25,726 nt of DNA from Bryobacteraceae bacterium. GTDB taxonomy: Bacteria > Acidobacteriota > Terriglobia > Bryobacterales > Bryobacteraceae. A program made the translations under genes and the position numbers. The DNA is taken from positions 1-25,726 of the forward strand of contig JBEKHU010000001.1 of assembly GCA_050012115.1 (NCBI GenBank), read 5' to 3'. Positions within the stretch are counted from its first letter, which is position 1; each line of letters begins with the position of its first letter. The notes beneath the pieces are model-generated. The model worked only from the letters and a program-made list of their open reading frames with translations. It ran no database searches and was not told the DNA's origin. Below are positions 24,080 through 25,726 of the stretch, in pieces.

Positions 24080-24122
24080 AAAGACCAGGCACCGGCGTGA
24101 ATGCCGGTGCCTGGTCTTTTTT
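24080..24122 (+). terminator. Rho-independent terminator after the pilin cluster
   Basis: AAAGACCAGGCACCGGC-GTGAAT-GCCGGTGCCTGGTCTTT-TTT: a perfect 17-bp inverted repeat ending in a T6 tract. Confidence 0.8.
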
Positions 24123-24307
24123 GATGAAGGGACGTTTCCCGCCTAATAACTTCGAGTTAGATAAGCAAGTCTTCCCGCCCGTCTTTCCTTTTCTCCGCCG
24201 TCGCGACACAGGTCCGGAGGACGCACACTATTCCTATCAGATCGCGACCGGCGCGCACAGGCATCCTGCAGGGGAAAGCGCGCATCCTGGCCAGGAGAAA
24301 GTGTAAA

Positions 24308-25636
24308 TTAGCCGAGCTTATAAGGCGGCCGGTATTTGTAAAACAGATATTGGTTCGCGGCGTCGTTGTTGGTGAAGCGCTCGGCCCGAGCGTCCCATTC
24401 GAGATAGCTGCGGGTCTTGAGCGCCACATTCCCGAGCAGCGTGGCCGAGGTAGAGAGATGGCCGGTGAGAGTGTCGCAATTGGCGGGCTTGCGGCTCTTG
24501 ATGCAATCCAGGAAGTTGCGGGCATGCGCGGCGGGGTTGATGCTGCCCTGGGCGCTGCGCGGCTCCATGGCCGGTTTCCGACTGGTGGCCCAGGCTTTCT
24601 CGTGCTCGCGGTCGAGCGGAGTGCGCGCCGGCACGTCGACGGCGGAGTTCAACTCGGGCACAACTTCCCAGCCGTGCATGTCGATGTACATGGTGCCCTT
24701 GGTGCCGCGCAGCTCCATCTCGGAGCTCTTGACGTTGCCGCCCGCGGCGTTACAGTTGATTTGCGAAAAAGTGACCATGGTTCCGCCGAAGTCCCACAGC
24801 ACCTCCAGCGTGTCCGGCACCTCGCGATTATCCCGCGCGGCGTATTTGCCGCCCATGGCGGCGACGGCCAGCGGCGCGTCCTTGCCCAGGCACCAACGCA
24901 GGACATCCATGTAGTGCACGCCGAAGTTGGTAAGCTGCCCGCCGGAGTAGTCGTAGAACCAGCGGAAACGGTAGTAGGTGCGGTTCAGATTGTAGGGCCG
25001 CCAGGGCGCTGGCCCGAGCCACTGGTTCCAGGCCTCGGCGCTGGGCGGCGGGCCGTCCGGCGGATTGCCGATGCCGCGCGGCCACTCGTTCACGAGGTGA
25101 TAGGCCTTGGCCATCGTCACCTGGCCGATGCCGCCTGCCCGGACGAACTCGGTGGCTTCCTTCACGAACGCCGCGGAGTGCCAGTTCAGGCCCACCTGGA
25201 CGATGCGCCTGGTCGCGGCGGCGACCTCGACCATCCGCCGCCCTTCGTGCACGGTCAGCGAGAGCGGTTTCTCGCAGTACACATCCTTGCCGGCGTGGCA
25301 GGCGTCGACGAACATCAGCGCGTGCCAGTGGTCGGGCGTGGCGATGACCACCGCGTCCACGGTGTTGTCATCCAGCAGCTTGCGGTAGTCGGTGTACTTG
25401 CGCGGATGAGCGCGCGAGTTCCGGATCGCGAAGTCCATGTAATCGTCGCGCAGGTCGCACAGGGCCACCGTCTCCTGGTCGGCCCATTCGAGAAACGCGT
25501 GGTGCACCTGGTCGCCCCGGTTCCCAACTCCGATATAGCCCATGCGGACGCGATCGTTGGCGCCCAGAACGCGGGAGTAGCTCAGCGCGGTCATCCCGGC
25601 GATGCGTTGGAAGTCCCGGCGGGAGAATCCGTCCAT
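24308..25636 (-). CDS. Gfo/Idh/MocA family oxidoreductase with Tat-like leader (442 aa)
   Basis: ATG at 25636 after AAAGGA. SRRDF leader, then MGYIGVGNRG, DAVVIATPDHWH, DVYCEKP, WLGPAP and GGQLTNFGVHYMD. Confidence 0.9.
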   Translation of the reverse strand: MDGFSRRDFQRIAGMTALSYSRVLGANDRVRMGYIGVGNRGDQVHHAFLEWADQETVALCDLRDDYMDFAIRNSRAHPRKYTDYRKLLDDNTVDAVVIATPDHWHALMFVDACHAGKDVYCEKPLSLTVHEGRRMVEVAAATRRIVQVGLNWHSAAFVKEATEFVRAGGIGQVTMAKAYHLVNEWPRGIGNPPDGPPPSAEAWNQWLGPAPWRPYNLNRTYYRFRWFYDYSGGQLTNFGVHYMDVLRWCLGKDAPLAVAAMGGKYAARDNREVPDTLEVLWDFGGTMVTFSQINCNAAGGNVKSSEMELRGTKGTMYIDMHGWEVVPELNSAVDVPARTPLDREHEKAWATSRKPAMEPRSAQGSINPAAHARNFLDCIKSRKPANCDTLTGHLSTSATLLGNVALKTRSYLEWDARAERFTNNDAANQYLFYKYRPPYKLG

Positions 25637-25726
25637 GGCGAGGTCCTTTCTGTGGAGCAAACTTGCGACCTACATCCTATACAACGCGCGAGGGGAGGCC
25701 GCGCGGCCGCGGGCGCGCGTTATGCA

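Noticed and set aside
5954-25636. Functional link between the Tat-type isomerase and the Tat-type Gfo/Idh/MocA protein (3-keto-glycoside cleavage pathway)
   Set aside because: The genes are about 17 kb apart, and both families are typically highly expanded in such genomes, so co-occurrence in one window is uninformative.

Overview
High-GC bacterial chromosomal window. An Acidobacteriota (Bryobacteraceae/Solibacter-like) origin is inferred from gene content and style, not verified. From left to right: a left-truncated secreted alpha/beta-hydrolase (-); an 80-aa flagellar rod-termini mini-protein; a DUF2339/DUF3999-like pair; a Tat-type sugar-phosphate isomerase; two GT4 glycosyltransferases with a NodB-type deacetylase; a putative sugar-acid catabolic cluster (amidohydrolase, enolase-superfamily enzyme, SDR, RraA-type aldolase, EamA transporter, uxaC); an FAD oxidoreductase; and a surface/secreted-protein region. 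That region holds a one-blade sensor-propeller fragment, an unannotated 43-aa double-glycine-leader peptide, two secreted hypotheticals, a PEP-CTERM protein and three tandem Flp pilins. A Tat-type Gfo/Idh/MocA oxidoreductase ends the window. No rRNA, tRNA, transposase, integrase or cas gene was found. The most unusual signals are: (i) the double-Gly micropeptide (19485-19616) with its own promoter and 3' hairpin and an Hcp-like core; (ii) a four-copy 41-bp palindromic array preceded by helically phased A/T tracts upstream of uxaC; (iii) the Flp triplet with conserved 3' RNA hairpins and a sigma28-like promoter that also has a counterpart before the flagellar mini-gene; (iv) a 142-bp insertion-like scar that duplicates the uxaC 3' end; and (v) recurring intergenic 'palindrome / IHF-like core / palindrome' islands. 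All family calls are by motif recognition only; no database searches were run.
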